A stretch of DNA of 64,000 nucleotides. Source: an uncultured Acidobacteriota bacterium. GTDB taxonomy: Bacteria; Acidobacteriota; Terriglobia; UBA7540. The stretch lies in the NCBI GenBank assembly GCA_963804755.1, contig CAWDRP010000002.1, forward strand, positions 118,179 to 182,178, in the 5' to 3' direction. This document shows positions 28,591-36,957 of this stretch, in pieces (the first letter of the stretch is position 1; every line of letters starts with the position of its first letter). A program made the position numbers and the translations under genes. The notes beneath the pieces were generated by a model. It made no database searches, was not told the origin of the DNA, and saw only the letters and a list, made by a program, of their open reading frames with translations.

Positions 28591-29136
28591 ATGAGATCAT
28601 CAGGCCTTTGGGTTAAACGCCAGCCGATTCTCGCCGTGATCGCGGCAGCTGGGTTTACAGCACTCACGGGAACGGGCAGACTTGGACCCCAGGACAAGCC
28701 GCCCGCGCCGCAGAATGCGAAACCGCAGCCCCTGCCGTTCAGCCACAAGGTGCACACGCAGTTTCTGCCGGCGTGCCTGGATTGTCACCAGGTTGCGTTC
28801 GACGGCTGGACCATGATGTATCCGCCGGAATCCAAGTGCATGACCTGCCATGCCACTGTCAAGGCGGACAGCCCCGCCATCAAAAAACTGGCAGAATACG
28901 CGGCGCAGAAGAAGCCCGTGCCCTGGGTGCAAATCTACAAGGTGCCGGACTATGTTTATTTTTCCCACCGGACCCACACCCAGAAGGCGAAACTGGATTG
29001 TGAAGCCTGCCATGGTCCGGTTCGAGAACGGGACGTGGTGACAAAGGAAAAACCCATCTCGATGGCGGCCTGCATCGCTTGCCACAAGGAAAAGGGCGCC
29101 CCCACCGGCTGCCGCACCTGTCACGACACCATTTGA
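28591..29136 (+). CDS. Pentaheme c-type cytochrome (five CxxCH motifs), secreted or membrane-anchored
   Basis: CLDCH, CMTCH, CEACH, CIACH and CRTCH in 181 aa. N-terminal hydrophobic segment. Immediately downstream of the PQQ dehydrogenase, so a likely electron acceptor. Confidence 0.8.
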   Translation: MRSSGLWVKRQPILAVIAAAGFTALTGTGRLGPQDKPPAPQNAKPQPLPFSHKVHTQFLPACLDCHQVAFDGWTMMYPPESKCMTCHATVKADSPAIKKLAEYAAQKKPVPWVQIYKVPDYVYFSHRTHTQKAKLDCEACHGPVRERDVVTKEKPISMAACIACHKEKGAPTGCRTCHDTI

Positions 29137-29151
29137 TCCGGCGGCGAGGCC

Positions 29152-30162
29152 CTATGGCGCGGGGTAGGTCTTTGAGTATCCATTGCGGCTATTGGTGACC
29201 GTGAACTCGCCATCGGGTTTCGCCGAGAGCTTGATCCAGCTCACCTTGGCGTCCTGATCCACGTTGACAATGAAAGGCTCGGGCGCGTTGTTCTCCTTGC
29301 CGGCATTCTGGGCGTAGTGCAACTGCCAGACGTCTTGAATGCCCGGCGAGGTGCGAATGGTGTGCAAGGCTTCGGCGGAGCCGCCCTTGGTAGCGCCGTT
29401 ATTCGTGATGGCCACGCGCGGCCGCAGCGCATGCACGAGCGCGGGGCAGTTGGACAAATCCAAACCGTGGTGGGTGCTCAAATAGACGTCCACGGTCCCA
29501 ACCTTGTTGATGGGGCAGGCAAGCTGCATTTCCTTGTTCCACGTCAGGTCGCCCAGATCGATCATGCGAAATCTGCCCAACGTAATCAGCATCCCGATGG
29601 ATTGAGCATTTTCAGAGGGATCGGTCTCCCGCGGTTTCGTGGCCGCACAAGTGGCATTCGCCTCTCCTGCCCCCGGCAGCGGCCGCAGGATTGCCTGGCC
29701 CGCCGCGGTCAAGACGTGCACCTGGATTCCCTCTACGGGGATCGTGTTGCCCGCTCGGACAATCAGGTGGGACGCGCGGTCGCGGACGGCCACATAAGAA
29801 GGATAGAGTCCGACGGCTTGCGGATCCGTGTCTACTCTTCGGCCGTGATCCACGTAGGTGGCGATGGGGATGCGCTCCGCGAGTTGCGGCACACCTCCCA
29901 CATGATCCATGTGGAAGTGGGTAATCACCACGTAATCGAGGCGAGTGACGCCCGCGACCTTGGCCACGGCAACAATGCGGTCCGCATCGCGGCCGTTGAA
30001 ATCCCCCCAACCGGTATCCACCAACATCGACTGCCCGGACGGCGAGACGAAGAGCGTGGATTGCCCGCCTTCCACGTCAATGAAGTACACATCAAGGGTG
30101 CCCGCCGCCCGCAGCGGCGCGCTAAGAAATGCCAGGATGACAATCAGGAAAAGTTTGCGCAA
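29152..30162 (-). CDS. MBL-fold metallo-hydrolase, secreted
   Basis: HFHMDHVGG (HxHxDH) zinc motif plus a signal peptide. Confidence 0.75.
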   Translation of the reverse strand: MRKLFLIVILAFLSAPLRAAGTLDVYFIDVEGGQSTLFVSPSGQSMLVDTGWGDFNGRDADRIVAVAKVAGVTRLDYVVITHFHMDHVGGVPQLAERIPIATYVDHGRRVDTDPQAVGLYPSYVAVRDRASHLIVRAGNTIPVEGIQVHVLTAAGQAILRPLPGAGEANATCAATKPRETDPSENAQSIGMLITLGRFRMIDLGDLTWNKEMQLACPINKVGTVDVYLSTHHGLDLSNCPALVHALRPRVAITNNGATKGGSAEALHTIRTSPGIQDVWQLHYAQNAGKENNAPEPFIVNVDQDAKVSWIKLSAKPDGEFTVTNSRNGYSKTYPAP

Positions 30163-30226
30163 GGGCTTAGTATCCTAACCGAAGAAGAGTAGGTAGAAAT
30201 TGGAGGCCTGCCGGCACGATTCAGAT

Positions 30227-30439
30227 TCAGAGCAGTTTCCGGAATTCGTCAATGCTGAAGCCTGCATCACGGACGATCCCTGCCATGGTGATGGCGTTGA
30301 CCGGGTTGTGGCGCGGTATCGTGACTTTGCGGCCACCATTTGTCATTACGACGTGCTTGCCCTGTCGCACGATTCGAAACCCGGCCTTTTCGAGGGCGCG
30401 AACAGCAGTCAGGTGGTTGACTCCGGGCAATTTTGCCAC
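30227..30439 (-). CDS. hicA: HicA mRNA-interferase toxin
   Basis: 70 aa, ...GFRIVRQGKHVVMTNGGRKVTIPRHNP... (HicA/YcfA signature). Confidence 0.8.
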   Translation of the reverse strand: MAKLPGVNHLTAVRALEKAGFRIVRQGKHVVMTNGGRKVTIPRHNPVNAITMAGIVRDAGFSIDEFRKLL

Positions 30440-30441
30440 GA

Positions 30442-30639
30442 CTAACCTGCAACCTCGACTTCCCGAACCTCCGCTCCGTCGCTTTGCTGGACGTCAGCGT
30501 CCAAATACTCGCGGATTGCGTCGCTGATATTGGCCAAAGCTTCTTCGCGGGTCGTCCCTTGTGACCAACAGCCCGGCAAGCTTGGTGCGCAGATGGCGAA
30601 CCCCTCTTCCGATGGGTAGAGTATGACTTTGACCTTCAT
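30442..30639 (-). CDS. hicB: HicB antitoxin (UPF0150)
   Basis: 65 aa, VILYPSEEGFAICAPSLPGCWSQGTTREEALANISDAIREYL. Lies 2 nt upstream of hicA. Confidence 0.75.
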   Translation of the reverse strand: MKVKVILYPSEEGFAICAPSLPGCWSQGTTREEALANISDAIREYLDADVQQSDGAEVREVEVAG

Positions 30640-30713
30640 TTGAAACTCCTGCCCAAAGTATACCGAAATGCCATCGCAGCGTCCAACGCCTCATGGAATT
30701 CATCGGTGAGGAT

Positions 30714-31178
30714 TCAACCGGAAACCGTGTCAATGGTGATGTGCTCGCTGACGTCATAACCGGCGTAGTAGAGCTCAACCATCAGCTCCGGCCGCTCCTT
30801 GGCCAGCGCCGCCCGCGCTCGCCGTAGGTCTTCTTCCTGGCGCTGGCGCGGCTGCGTGGAAGAGTGGAGGTGAACCGGCAGTTCCTTGTACCAGCCACAA
30901 TCCTGGTGCTGGATCAGAATGAGCCGCTTCAGGTCATGTGCTTCTACGAGGAACCGAAACCACTTCCAGCCCGCCCAGGAGAACTTCGGGAGATATTCCA
31001 CCAGCGTCAGGCATTGCGGACCGCCGGGCAGCACCAGCAAATCGTAATTTTCATTGAGGTTCAGCTTGGCATTCAGGAACTCGTGAAATCCCGCCTGGAA
31101 GCGATGGTCGCTGCAATAGATGGCCAGCACTTCCGCGTCGTTATCGTGCAGCGTGGACGAGAGTTGGAGGCTCGGCAT
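30714..31178 (-). CDS. Small beta-carbonic-anhydrase-like protein (CxDxR ... HxxCG zinc-site motifs), last gene of the nfeD-flotillin operon
   Basis: YCSDHRF (C22-x-D-x-R) and HQDCGW (H91-x-x-C94-G) with spacing close to that of the beta-CA zinc ligands. Only 154 aa, so a divergent or minimal form. Confidence 0.4.
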   Translation of the reverse strand: MPSLQLSSTLHDNDAEVLAIYCSDHRFQAGFHEFLNAKLNLNENYDLLVLPGGPQCLTLVEYLPKFSWAGWKWFRFLVEAHDLKRLILIQHQDCGWYKELPVHLHSSTQPRQRQEEDLRRARAALAKERPELMVELYYAGYDVSEHITIDTVSG

Positions 31179-31198
31179 AGGTTGTGTCTCCGGGGGAA

Positions 31199-32803
31199 TT
31201 AGCTGCTCACCTGGTGCGCGGCGCCAGCTTCTTTCTTCTCGACATGTTCTTCCACCTGGGGTGGCGCCGGTTTCAGCGACGCCGGCAACTGGGCTTCCAG
31301 GCCGAGCTGTGCCAGGACCGAAGGCACGTCCAGCCCCAACGCCTGGAGCTGCTGGAGCAAGCTGAACACCAGCGCCGGCCCCGTTTGCGCGATCCGCCCA
31401 ATACCGCCGGTGCCGTTGGCTGCGCCGTTGCCCTGCTCAATTACCACCACCTTATCAATATTGCCGAGCGGCGCCGCGACAGCCCCGAACACGCCCGCCG
31501 ACGCTTGCAGGACGCTGGGTAATTTCTCGAGCAGCGTTTGCAGTTTCGCCGCGTCGTTGAATTGGCGCCACGCCTCCGCCTTTTTCAGGATCGCCTGGGC
31601 TTCTGCCACGCCTTGCGCTTCGATGGCGCGCGCCTGCGCCAACCCCATGGCCTCGATCTTCGCCGCTTCGGCGCGGCCCTCTGCCTCCACCGCTGCCGCG
31701 CGGCCCAGTCCTTCCTGCGTCAGCTTTGTCTGCTGCGCTTCGGCCAGGGCGATTTGCGCGGCCTTTTGGCCTTCCGCCTCCAGGATGGCCGCCTGCTTTT
31801 TCGCCTCCGCGCGCACAATAGCGGCTTGCCGCTCCGCCTCCGCCGCTTTGATCACCGTGGCTTCCAGTTCCTTCTGTTTGCGCAGGACCTCCTGCTCCTG
31901 CACGGCGATCTGTTCCTGTGTGCGGGTCTTCTCCACGCGCACTTCTTCCGCCACCACCGCCTGCTTCGCTTTCGCCTCCGCCAGGGGTCCGGCCTGTGCG
32001 GACTTGGCCTTTTCCATTTCAATTTCGGCCTGGTATTGGGCCTGCCTCACCTGGAATTCACGATTCGCGCTGGAAATGTTGGCGTCCGCGTCGAACTTCG
32101 CCTTTTCCCCTTCCTGCATCGCCAGGGCGGATTTGATCTTCGCGTCGCGCGTGGCCTCTGCTTCACCAATCGTGCCGTCGCGTTTGACTTCCGCCGTGCG
32201 CTTCTTGCCCAGTGCGTCCAGGTAGCCTTCCTCGTCGCTGATGTCCTGAATCGTCAGCACGTCCACGCCAATGCCCATGCGTTCCAGGTCGAGGGTGGCT
32301 TCGGAGGTCAGCTTCTGGGCAAAACTGGCGCGATCACTGTTGACCTCTTCCACAGTCAGAGTGCCGAGAATGGATCGCAAGTGGCCTTCCAGCGTCTGGA
32401 AAATGACCTTCTGGATGGTATCGTGCGTCATGCCCAGAAAGCGTTCGGCGGCCGCCGCGAGCGACATATCATCGCCCTTGATCTTCACGTTGGCCACGGC
32501 CTTCACGGAAATGGGCACGCCCTTCAGGGTATAGGCGCGCTTGATTTCCAGGGGAATGGTAATAACGTTGAGAGACAGGTAATCCACCTGCTCCAGCAGC
32601 GGCCAGCGGAAGGCCGCGCCGCCCCGCACCATCCGGTAGCCCACGATACGGCCGTCGGGCAGCTTGTGTTTGCGCCCGCTGAAAATCGCCACGGCGTTGG
32701 GCGGCACTTTGATGTAGTTCTTGGCAAAACGGGAAATCGCCAGCAGCAGCGCAATGGCGGCAATCGCCGCCAGGACGATAACAAAGGGCGGAAATGATAG
32801 CAT
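31199..32803 (-). CDS. Flotillin-like SPFH/band-7 protein (FloT/YqiK type)
   Basis: N-terminal TM, SPFH domain, then a long Ala/Glu-rich coiled coil (AEAERQAAIVRAEAKKQAAILEAEGQKAAQIALAEAQ). Confidence 0.85.
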   Translation of the reverse strand: MLSFPPFVIVLAAIAAIALLLAISRFAKNYIKVPPNAVAIFSGRKHKLPDGRIVGYRMVRGGAAFRWPLLEQVDYLSLNVITIPLEIKRAYTLKGVPISVKAVANVKIKGDDMSLAAAAERFLGMTHDTIQKVIFQTLEGHLRSILGTLTVEEVNSDRASFAQKLTSEATLDLERMGIGVDVLTIQDISDEEGYLDALGKKRTAEVKRDGTIGEAEATRDAKIKSALAMQEGEKAKFDADANISSANREFQVRQAQYQAEIEMEKAKSAQAGPLAEAKAKQAVVAEEVRVEKTRTQEQIAVQEQEVLRKQKELEATVIKAAEAERQAAIVRAEAKKQAAILEAEGQKAAQIALAEAQQTKLTQEGLGRAAAVEAEGRAEAAKIEAMGLAQARAIEAQGVAEAQAILKKAEAWRQFNDAAKLQTLLEKLPSVLQASAGVFGAVAAPLGNIDKVVVIEQGNGAANGTGGIGRIAQTGPALVFSLLQQLQALGLDVPSVLAQLGLEAQLPASLKPAPPQVEEHVEKKEAGAAHQVSS

Positions 32804-32816
32804 GGTTCACCTCCCG

Positions 32817-33026
32817 GAGTTCGAAACTCGAAACTGGAAACTCGAAACTGGAAACTCGAAAATCGAAATTCGAAAATCGCACCAAGATCTAGGCCTAACG
32901 CTCGAAGTTCGGAAATCGGATTTGCCTGATTTCAGGCTCAACCCTTAACCTAATCTCGTTGCGAACTGCCAGCTTCGAGTTTCGATCTTCGAATTTCGAC
33001 TTTCCAGTTTCGAGTTTCGACCTTCG
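32817..33026. repeat. Heptamer-array hairpin: about 9 tandem NNCGAAA/CTGGAAA heptamers facing about 8 inverted copies across an ~85-nt loop, between the nfeD stop and the flotillin ribosome-binding site
   Basis: Read directly from the sequence: TTCGAAACTCGAAACTGGAAACTCGAAACTGGAAACTCGAAAATCGAAATTCGAAAATCG ... CTTCGAGTTTCGATCTTCGAATTTCGACTTTCCAGTTTCGAGTTTCGACCTTCG. The 3' arm on the mRNA strand ends CUCCGGGAGGUGAACCAUG, so it abuts the flotillin ribosome-binding site. Confidence 0.6.
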
Positions 33027-33593
33027 TCATTTCTCTGTGGCCGCGGCCTTTTGCTCCGCGCGATCTACCAGGACGACCTCTCCGACGATCGTGCTGATTC
33101 TTACCAGCGTGTTGACGGGAATCTCTTCGTTGGTTGCAGCGCGGGCCACCTTTTCCACCACCGTATCACCCAGCGTGCAGCGCACCTGGCCCATTCCACC
33201 CGGCGGAATCGCGACACTCACCTGGGCCATATTGCCCACCAGGTCGCCCGTCCGGACGTGGCTGGACGCTTGTTGGCTGTACAGGAAACTGGCGAAAACG
33301 TAGATTATGCCCGCGAACAGCACTCCGCCGCCGAAGCCCATGGCCGTGCTCGCACCCACCCCAAATCCGATGTGAATTCCAATGGCGCCAAAACTTCCAA
33401 ACGCGGTGACGAAGACGCTCAAAATGCGGCTGCTCAGCAGGCTGGGACCGGCGCCATGACCGTCGGCGTCGTGGCTGAAATCTCCATGTTCGAACAGGTC
33501 GCCCAGGACAGAACTGCCGAGCAGAAAAACAAAACCAAACACCGCGATGGCAACGAAGGTGACAAATGCCGATGTGCTTGCGAGCAGGATCAT
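33027..33593 (-). CDS. NfeD-family membrane protein (partner of flotillin)
   Basis: Three to four TM helices, then a C-terminal OB-like segment (VRCTLGDTVVEKVARAATNEEIPVNTLVRISTIVGEVVLVD). Directly upstream of the flotillin gene. Confidence 0.7.
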   Translation of the reverse strand: MILLASTSAFVTFVAIAVFGFVFLLGSSVLGDLFEHGDFSHDADGHGAGPSLLSSRILSVFVTAFGSFGAIGIHIGFGVGASTAMGFGGGVLFAGIIYVFASFLYSQQASSHVRTGDLVGNMAQVSVAIPPGGMGQVRCTLGDTVVEKVARAATNEEIPVNTLVRISTIVGEVVLVDRAEQKAAATEK

Positions 33594-33825
33594 GTCAATG
33601 GCCTCTGAATCAGGAGAATCCGTTGCACCTCGCGCAAAGGAATGGGGCAAACTACGCCAGCGAGGGCTACTCTAAGGCCGCGGCGCAGCGAAGTCAAGGC
33701 GGGTTCGCGGCAGGCCGTGTTGACATGCTAAAGACAGGCGGGTTCGCACCGGGGTGTGCAATACGAAATTAGAAATAGGATATCGCTTGATCAGATGGCC
33801 CCGAAGGGGCTAGCCATGAGAGGGC

Positions 33826-33999
33826 TTAAGGAGCAGGATACATAATCCAGCCGAGCACCAGCGCCACGACGACAAACGTTACAAACACGCGGGCGCCGTA
33901 TAAAATCCGGCCGCGCGGGTCATCCTTGCTCAGCAGGCCGAACCCCACCGAGACAAGGAAGGCGAACAAACACATTGCGGGAAAGTGTTGGAGAGGCAT
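33826..33999 (-). CDS. Small two-TM membrane protein (57 aa)
   Basis: MPLQHFPAMCLFAFLVSVGFGLL...VFVTFVVVALVLGWIM. The start lies 9 nt downstream of the CAGTGAA heptamer hairpin. Confidence 0.3.
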   Translation of the reverse strand: MPLQHFPAMCLFAFLVSVGFGLLSKDDPRGRILYGARVFVTFVVVALVLGWIMYPAP

Positions 34000-34007
34000 T
34001 TTAGAAA

Positions 34008-34137
34008 CCAGTGAACAGTGGACAGTGAACAGTGAACAGGAAAAACCAGTCCACTTTCTATCTTCCACTGTTCATCAAAACCACTGAACAGCGGACACGC
34101 AAAGTCTGTTCACAGTCCACTGTTCACTGTCCACTGT
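34008..34137. repeat. Heptamer-array hairpin (CAGTGAA/CAGTGGA x4 facing TTCACTG/TCCACTG copies, ~70-nt loop) between the stop of the 138-aa membrane protein gene and the start of the small membrane protein gene
   Basis: CCAGTGAACAGTGGACAGTGAACAGTGAACAGG ... CTGTTCACAGTCCACTGTTCACTGTCCACTGTC. Confidence 0.55.
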
Positions 34138-34140
34138 CTT

Positions 34141-34557
34141 TCAGGGCTTTCGCCCATTCGCGATGTCGTACGCGTCGAGAATCGAGAGCGTGTTCAGCAT
34201 GCCGGCGGCCACGAGGAAGGCCGTGCCGAAATCGGCGCTCACAAACAGCGGATTGCCCCCGCCATAGCCGAAGAACCGGGCCGCGGGCATGGCAATGCCC
34301 ACGCACAACTCGCCGAAATAACCCAGCGTTTGAAGATAGGCTCCCGAACCGGTAGTGAAAAACTCGCCTTGCATGCCAAGGCCCAGCAGGAACGTTGATA
34401 CAATCGCTGCGAAAAGGATCAGCGCGCGCCACTTGCGGCCCAGCAGCAAATGGCCCAGGCCCGGCACCAGCCACGCTGCCACGCACAAACGCACCAGCGC
34501 GGCCGTTTTGGGCGGTGCGGGACGGGAAACGGTTTCATGAGCAGTTTTGTTGGCCAT
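34141..34557 (-). CDS. Hypothetical 4-TM membrane protein
   Basis: Hydrophobic segments throughout. I recognise no family. Confidence 0.4.
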   Translation of the reverse strand: MANKTAHETVSRPAPPKTAALVRLCVAAWLVPGLGHLLLGRKWRALILFAAIVSTFLLGLGMQGEFFTTGSGAYLQTLGYFGELCVGIAMPAARFFGYGGGNPLFVSADFGTAFLVAAGMLNTLSILDAYDIANGRKP

Positions 34558-34603
34558 AGGTCTGCGCCATCACATCGACTTTGACCTTCCAACCTAACAC
34601 ACC

Positions 34604-35785
34604 TTATCCGGCTGCGGCAAGGATGGGCACGATCTCGTTTTGGATTTCCCCCGTTACACATGCATCGCGCGCCCCGGTAAAGACATTCACTTCGCTGCGG
34701 ACGCCGAAGTCGTGCATATAAATCCCAGGCTCGACAGAAAAGCAGAGGCGGGAAACGATCCGGCGCTCATCGTGGGTTTCAAAATTGTCCATATTGGCGC
34801 CGTTGCCGTGCACGTCTTCGCCAATCGAATGGCCGGTGCGGTGCACAAAGAACGTGCCGTAGCCGTGTCGCTCGATCACGTCGCGCGCCGCGTCATCAAC
34901 CTCATAACCGTGGAGGATGCGCCCGGCTTCCAGCGATTTCTGCACCAGATTGATGGCCGCGTCGCGCGCCTCACGCACCACGTCGAACACCTTCGTGTAT
35001 TGCTCAGGAACCTTCTCGCCGACGTACCCCATCCAGGTAATGTCGAAATACACGGCGCCGGGCTTTTTCAGCTTGCCCCACACATCCAACAGCACCAAAT
35101 CACCCGCGCGTATGGGCTGCGACCCCTCGCGCGAGGGCGAATAATGCGGATCAGCGGTGTGGGCGTTGACCGCCACGCAAGGTGGTTCGTCAGCGATCAC
35201 GTTCTTTGCCTCAAAGAGCCGCACCATTTCCTGCTGCACTTCGTATTCGCCAATCTCTTTGCCGGCGCGCACCGCCTCGCGAATGGCCGCGAACGCCTTC
35301 CGCACCGCCTCGTGCACCACCTGCCCCGCCGCCAGATGCGAGTGCCATTGCTCGTCGGTCCAGCACGCCTCAAACTGCTGCACCAGGTCCGCCGAGGAAA
35401 CCACTTCCACGCCGCAACTCGTCACCAGTTCCACCGTGCCGGCGTCCACCAGCCCCACGTACGGAATATTATTCAGCGCCGAGTATTGCATCGCCACCCG
35501 CCGCTTGCCGTGCAGCAGCCGGCTGAGCCCTTCGCGTTGCTCGCGCCACGAAGAATAACGGTCTTCTGTACCCGGCAAGCTCGCCAGGTTGTGCGCCTCA
35601 ATGCGGTGAACTAACTTCCCCGGCTCCCCTTCCCACGGAATCAGATAGTACCACCGGCGCGTACACATGGGAGGATTGAGGTTGAGCACTCGATACGCAA
35701 TGGGGTCCCGGCGGTGGTGGTCATAAAAGAGCCAGCCGTCAAGTTTGGCTTCACGCAACGCTGTCTGAATGTCTTCGAGGTTCAT
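34604..35785 (-). CDS. M24-family metallopeptidase (Xaa-Pro amino/dipeptidase type)
   Basis: Pita-bread fold motifs DITWMGY, HRTGHSIGEDVHG and an N-terminal creatinase-like domain. Confidence 0.8.
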   Translation of the reverse strand: MNLEDIQTALREAKLDGWLFYDHHRRDPIAYRVLNLNPPMCTRRWYYLIPWEGEPGKLVHRIEAHNLASLPGTEDRYSSWREQREGLSRLLHGKRRVAMQYSALNNIPYVGLVDAGTVELVTSCGVEVVSSADLVQQFEACWTDEQWHSHLAAGQVVHEAVRKAFAAIREAVRAGKEIGEYEVQQEMVRLFEAKNVIADEPPCVAVNAHTADPHYSPSREGSQPIRAGDLVLLDVWGKLKKPGAVYFDITWMGYVGEKVPEQYTKVFDVVREARDAAINLVQKSLEAGRILHGYEVDDAARDVIERHGYGTFFVHRTGHSIGEDVHGNGANMDNFETHDERRIVSRLCFSVEPGIYMHDFGVRSEVNVFTGARDACVTGEIQNEIVPILAAAG

Positions 35786-35906
35786 GCGGTTCCTCCCGTA
35801 AGATTAGACAGTAGGCAGAAAGCAGTAGGCGGAAAGCAGTATGTGGTCCCATGGTTGCGCGGGTTGGACCGCGTCGTATACTCTCGAACGGTACGACCGC
35901 CGAGCG

Positions 35907-36332
35907 TCACGGCTTGCGGCCGGCAAGCTGGTATACCACGAGGTTTAAGCCAGGAATATCCTCGAAATCGTGACGATTTCGCGTCAGTAGGCAGCAGGCG
36001 TATTGCAGAGCCTGACTTGCCAGCCAGAGGTCCTGGACGCGGTAACGATGCTGCCGACCAGCCGCCTTGATTTGGGCAGCGAGACTGCCGAAAATTCCTC
36101 CTGTGGTGCCATCGATCGTTAGAAGAGGTCTACGCTCCAGGCGACGCAGCGCAGCAAGTCGCTTCTGGCGAATCCCAGGATCGGGCGCAATCTCCGCACC
36201 AAATCGCATCTCGGCGACGGTCACCGGCGAGATAAACACCGGCTCGCCGCGAGTGAGCACCTCAACTTCGGCCGCAGAGAGTACTCCACGCTCTATGTCT
36301 ATCAGTACGCACGTGTCGATCAAGAAGCCCAT
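35907..36332 (-). CDS. vapC: PIN-domain toxin VapC (second pair)
   Basis: MGFLIDTCVLIDIERG...LTRNRHDFEDIPGL. Confidence 0.75.
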   Translation of the reverse strand: MGFLIDTCVLIDIERGVLSAAEVEVLTRGEPVFISPVTVAEMRFGAEIAPDPGIRQKRLAALRRLERRPLLTIDGTTGGIFGSLAAQIKAAGRQHRYRVQDLWLASQALQYACCLLTRNRHDFEDIPGLNLVVYQLAGRKP

Positions 36333-36595
36333 GGGTCACGAACGCCGTTGTCCAGCCGATCTCCCTTCCACGGACCCTTCCGGCCGTCCGCTTCCCATGT
36401 CGAGCCGACATCTTCGGGAAGCGTCCGATAGAGATCAGACAACGCCTCAAGAGCTGTTTGGTGTACTGGACCCGGAAGTAGACGTGCCACCTGGCGCCGG
36501 TTTCTCTCGATCACGATCTCCTGGCGCTCAGTCGCCAATTCGTCCAAGACCCGGCTCAAATTCCGTGCCAACTCCGTAACAGTAATGATCTTCAA
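36320..36595 (-). CDS. Phd/YefM-type antitoxin (second pair)
   Basis: MKIITVTELARNLSRVLDELATERQEIVIERNRRQVARLLP. Overlaps vapC by 13 nt. Confidence 0.65.
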   Translation of the reverse strand: MKIITVTELARNLSRVLDELATERQEIVIERNRRQVARLLPGPVHQTALEALSDLYRTLPEDVGSTWEADGRKGPWKGDRLDNGVRDPWAS

Positions 36596-36752
36596 TCACT
36601 CACCTCGATGCGGGAAATCTGGTCATATCAAATTCTACCACGATCTAAAGCCGCAACCACCAATTGGGCGCTCGGGTTCGGCCCTCGTTTGAAAAAGTCT
36701 ATTTGACTCACCCGACAGGAAGTGTGACACTCAACTAAGCGGAGGGACCGCC

Positions 36753-36932
36753 ATGCATCCGGGAATAACGATGCACAAGATTCCTGTTAAAGGAACAGCG
36801 GGACTTCTCTTTACCGCAGGCGTGGTTGCCGCGACTCTGGTATCGCTTCCTCAGGCCCGATGGTTCCTTGCCTTAAGCCTGCCAACCGGCATCATTATTG
36901 GAATTATCCTACGCTTGACCCGCCGAGACTAA
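36753..36932 (+). CDS. Unlisted small ORF: 59-aa two-TM membrane protein
   Basis: ATG preceded by GCGGAGGGACCGCC (GGAGG, 6-nt spacer). Translation MHPGITMHKIPVKGTAGLLFTAGVVAATLVSLPQARWFLALSLPTGIIIGIILRLTRRD. Absent from the ORF track only because it is under 60 aa. Confidence 0.3.
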   Translation: MHPGITMHKIPVKGTAGLLFTAGVVAATLVSLPQARWFLALSLPTGIIIGIILRLTRRD

Positions 36933-36957
36933 GTGCTTATCTGCGAACCCTGTTCTT

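Noticed and set aside
32469-33303. ORFs 32469-32885(-) and 32959-33303(+) encoding heptad-like peptides (FEFRSSNFDFPVSSFDL...)
   Set aside because: They exist only because the AAACT-type heptamer arrays lack stop codons, and they run antisense into real genes. The same applies to 39274-39771(+), 39381-39758(+) and 43568-44086(+).
34008-34137. LexA (SOS) box of the GTTC-N7-GTTC type suggested by multiple GAAC/GTTC tetramers
   Set aside because: The spacings here are N10 and N3, not N7. The tetramers are a by-product of the CAGTGAA heptamer array.
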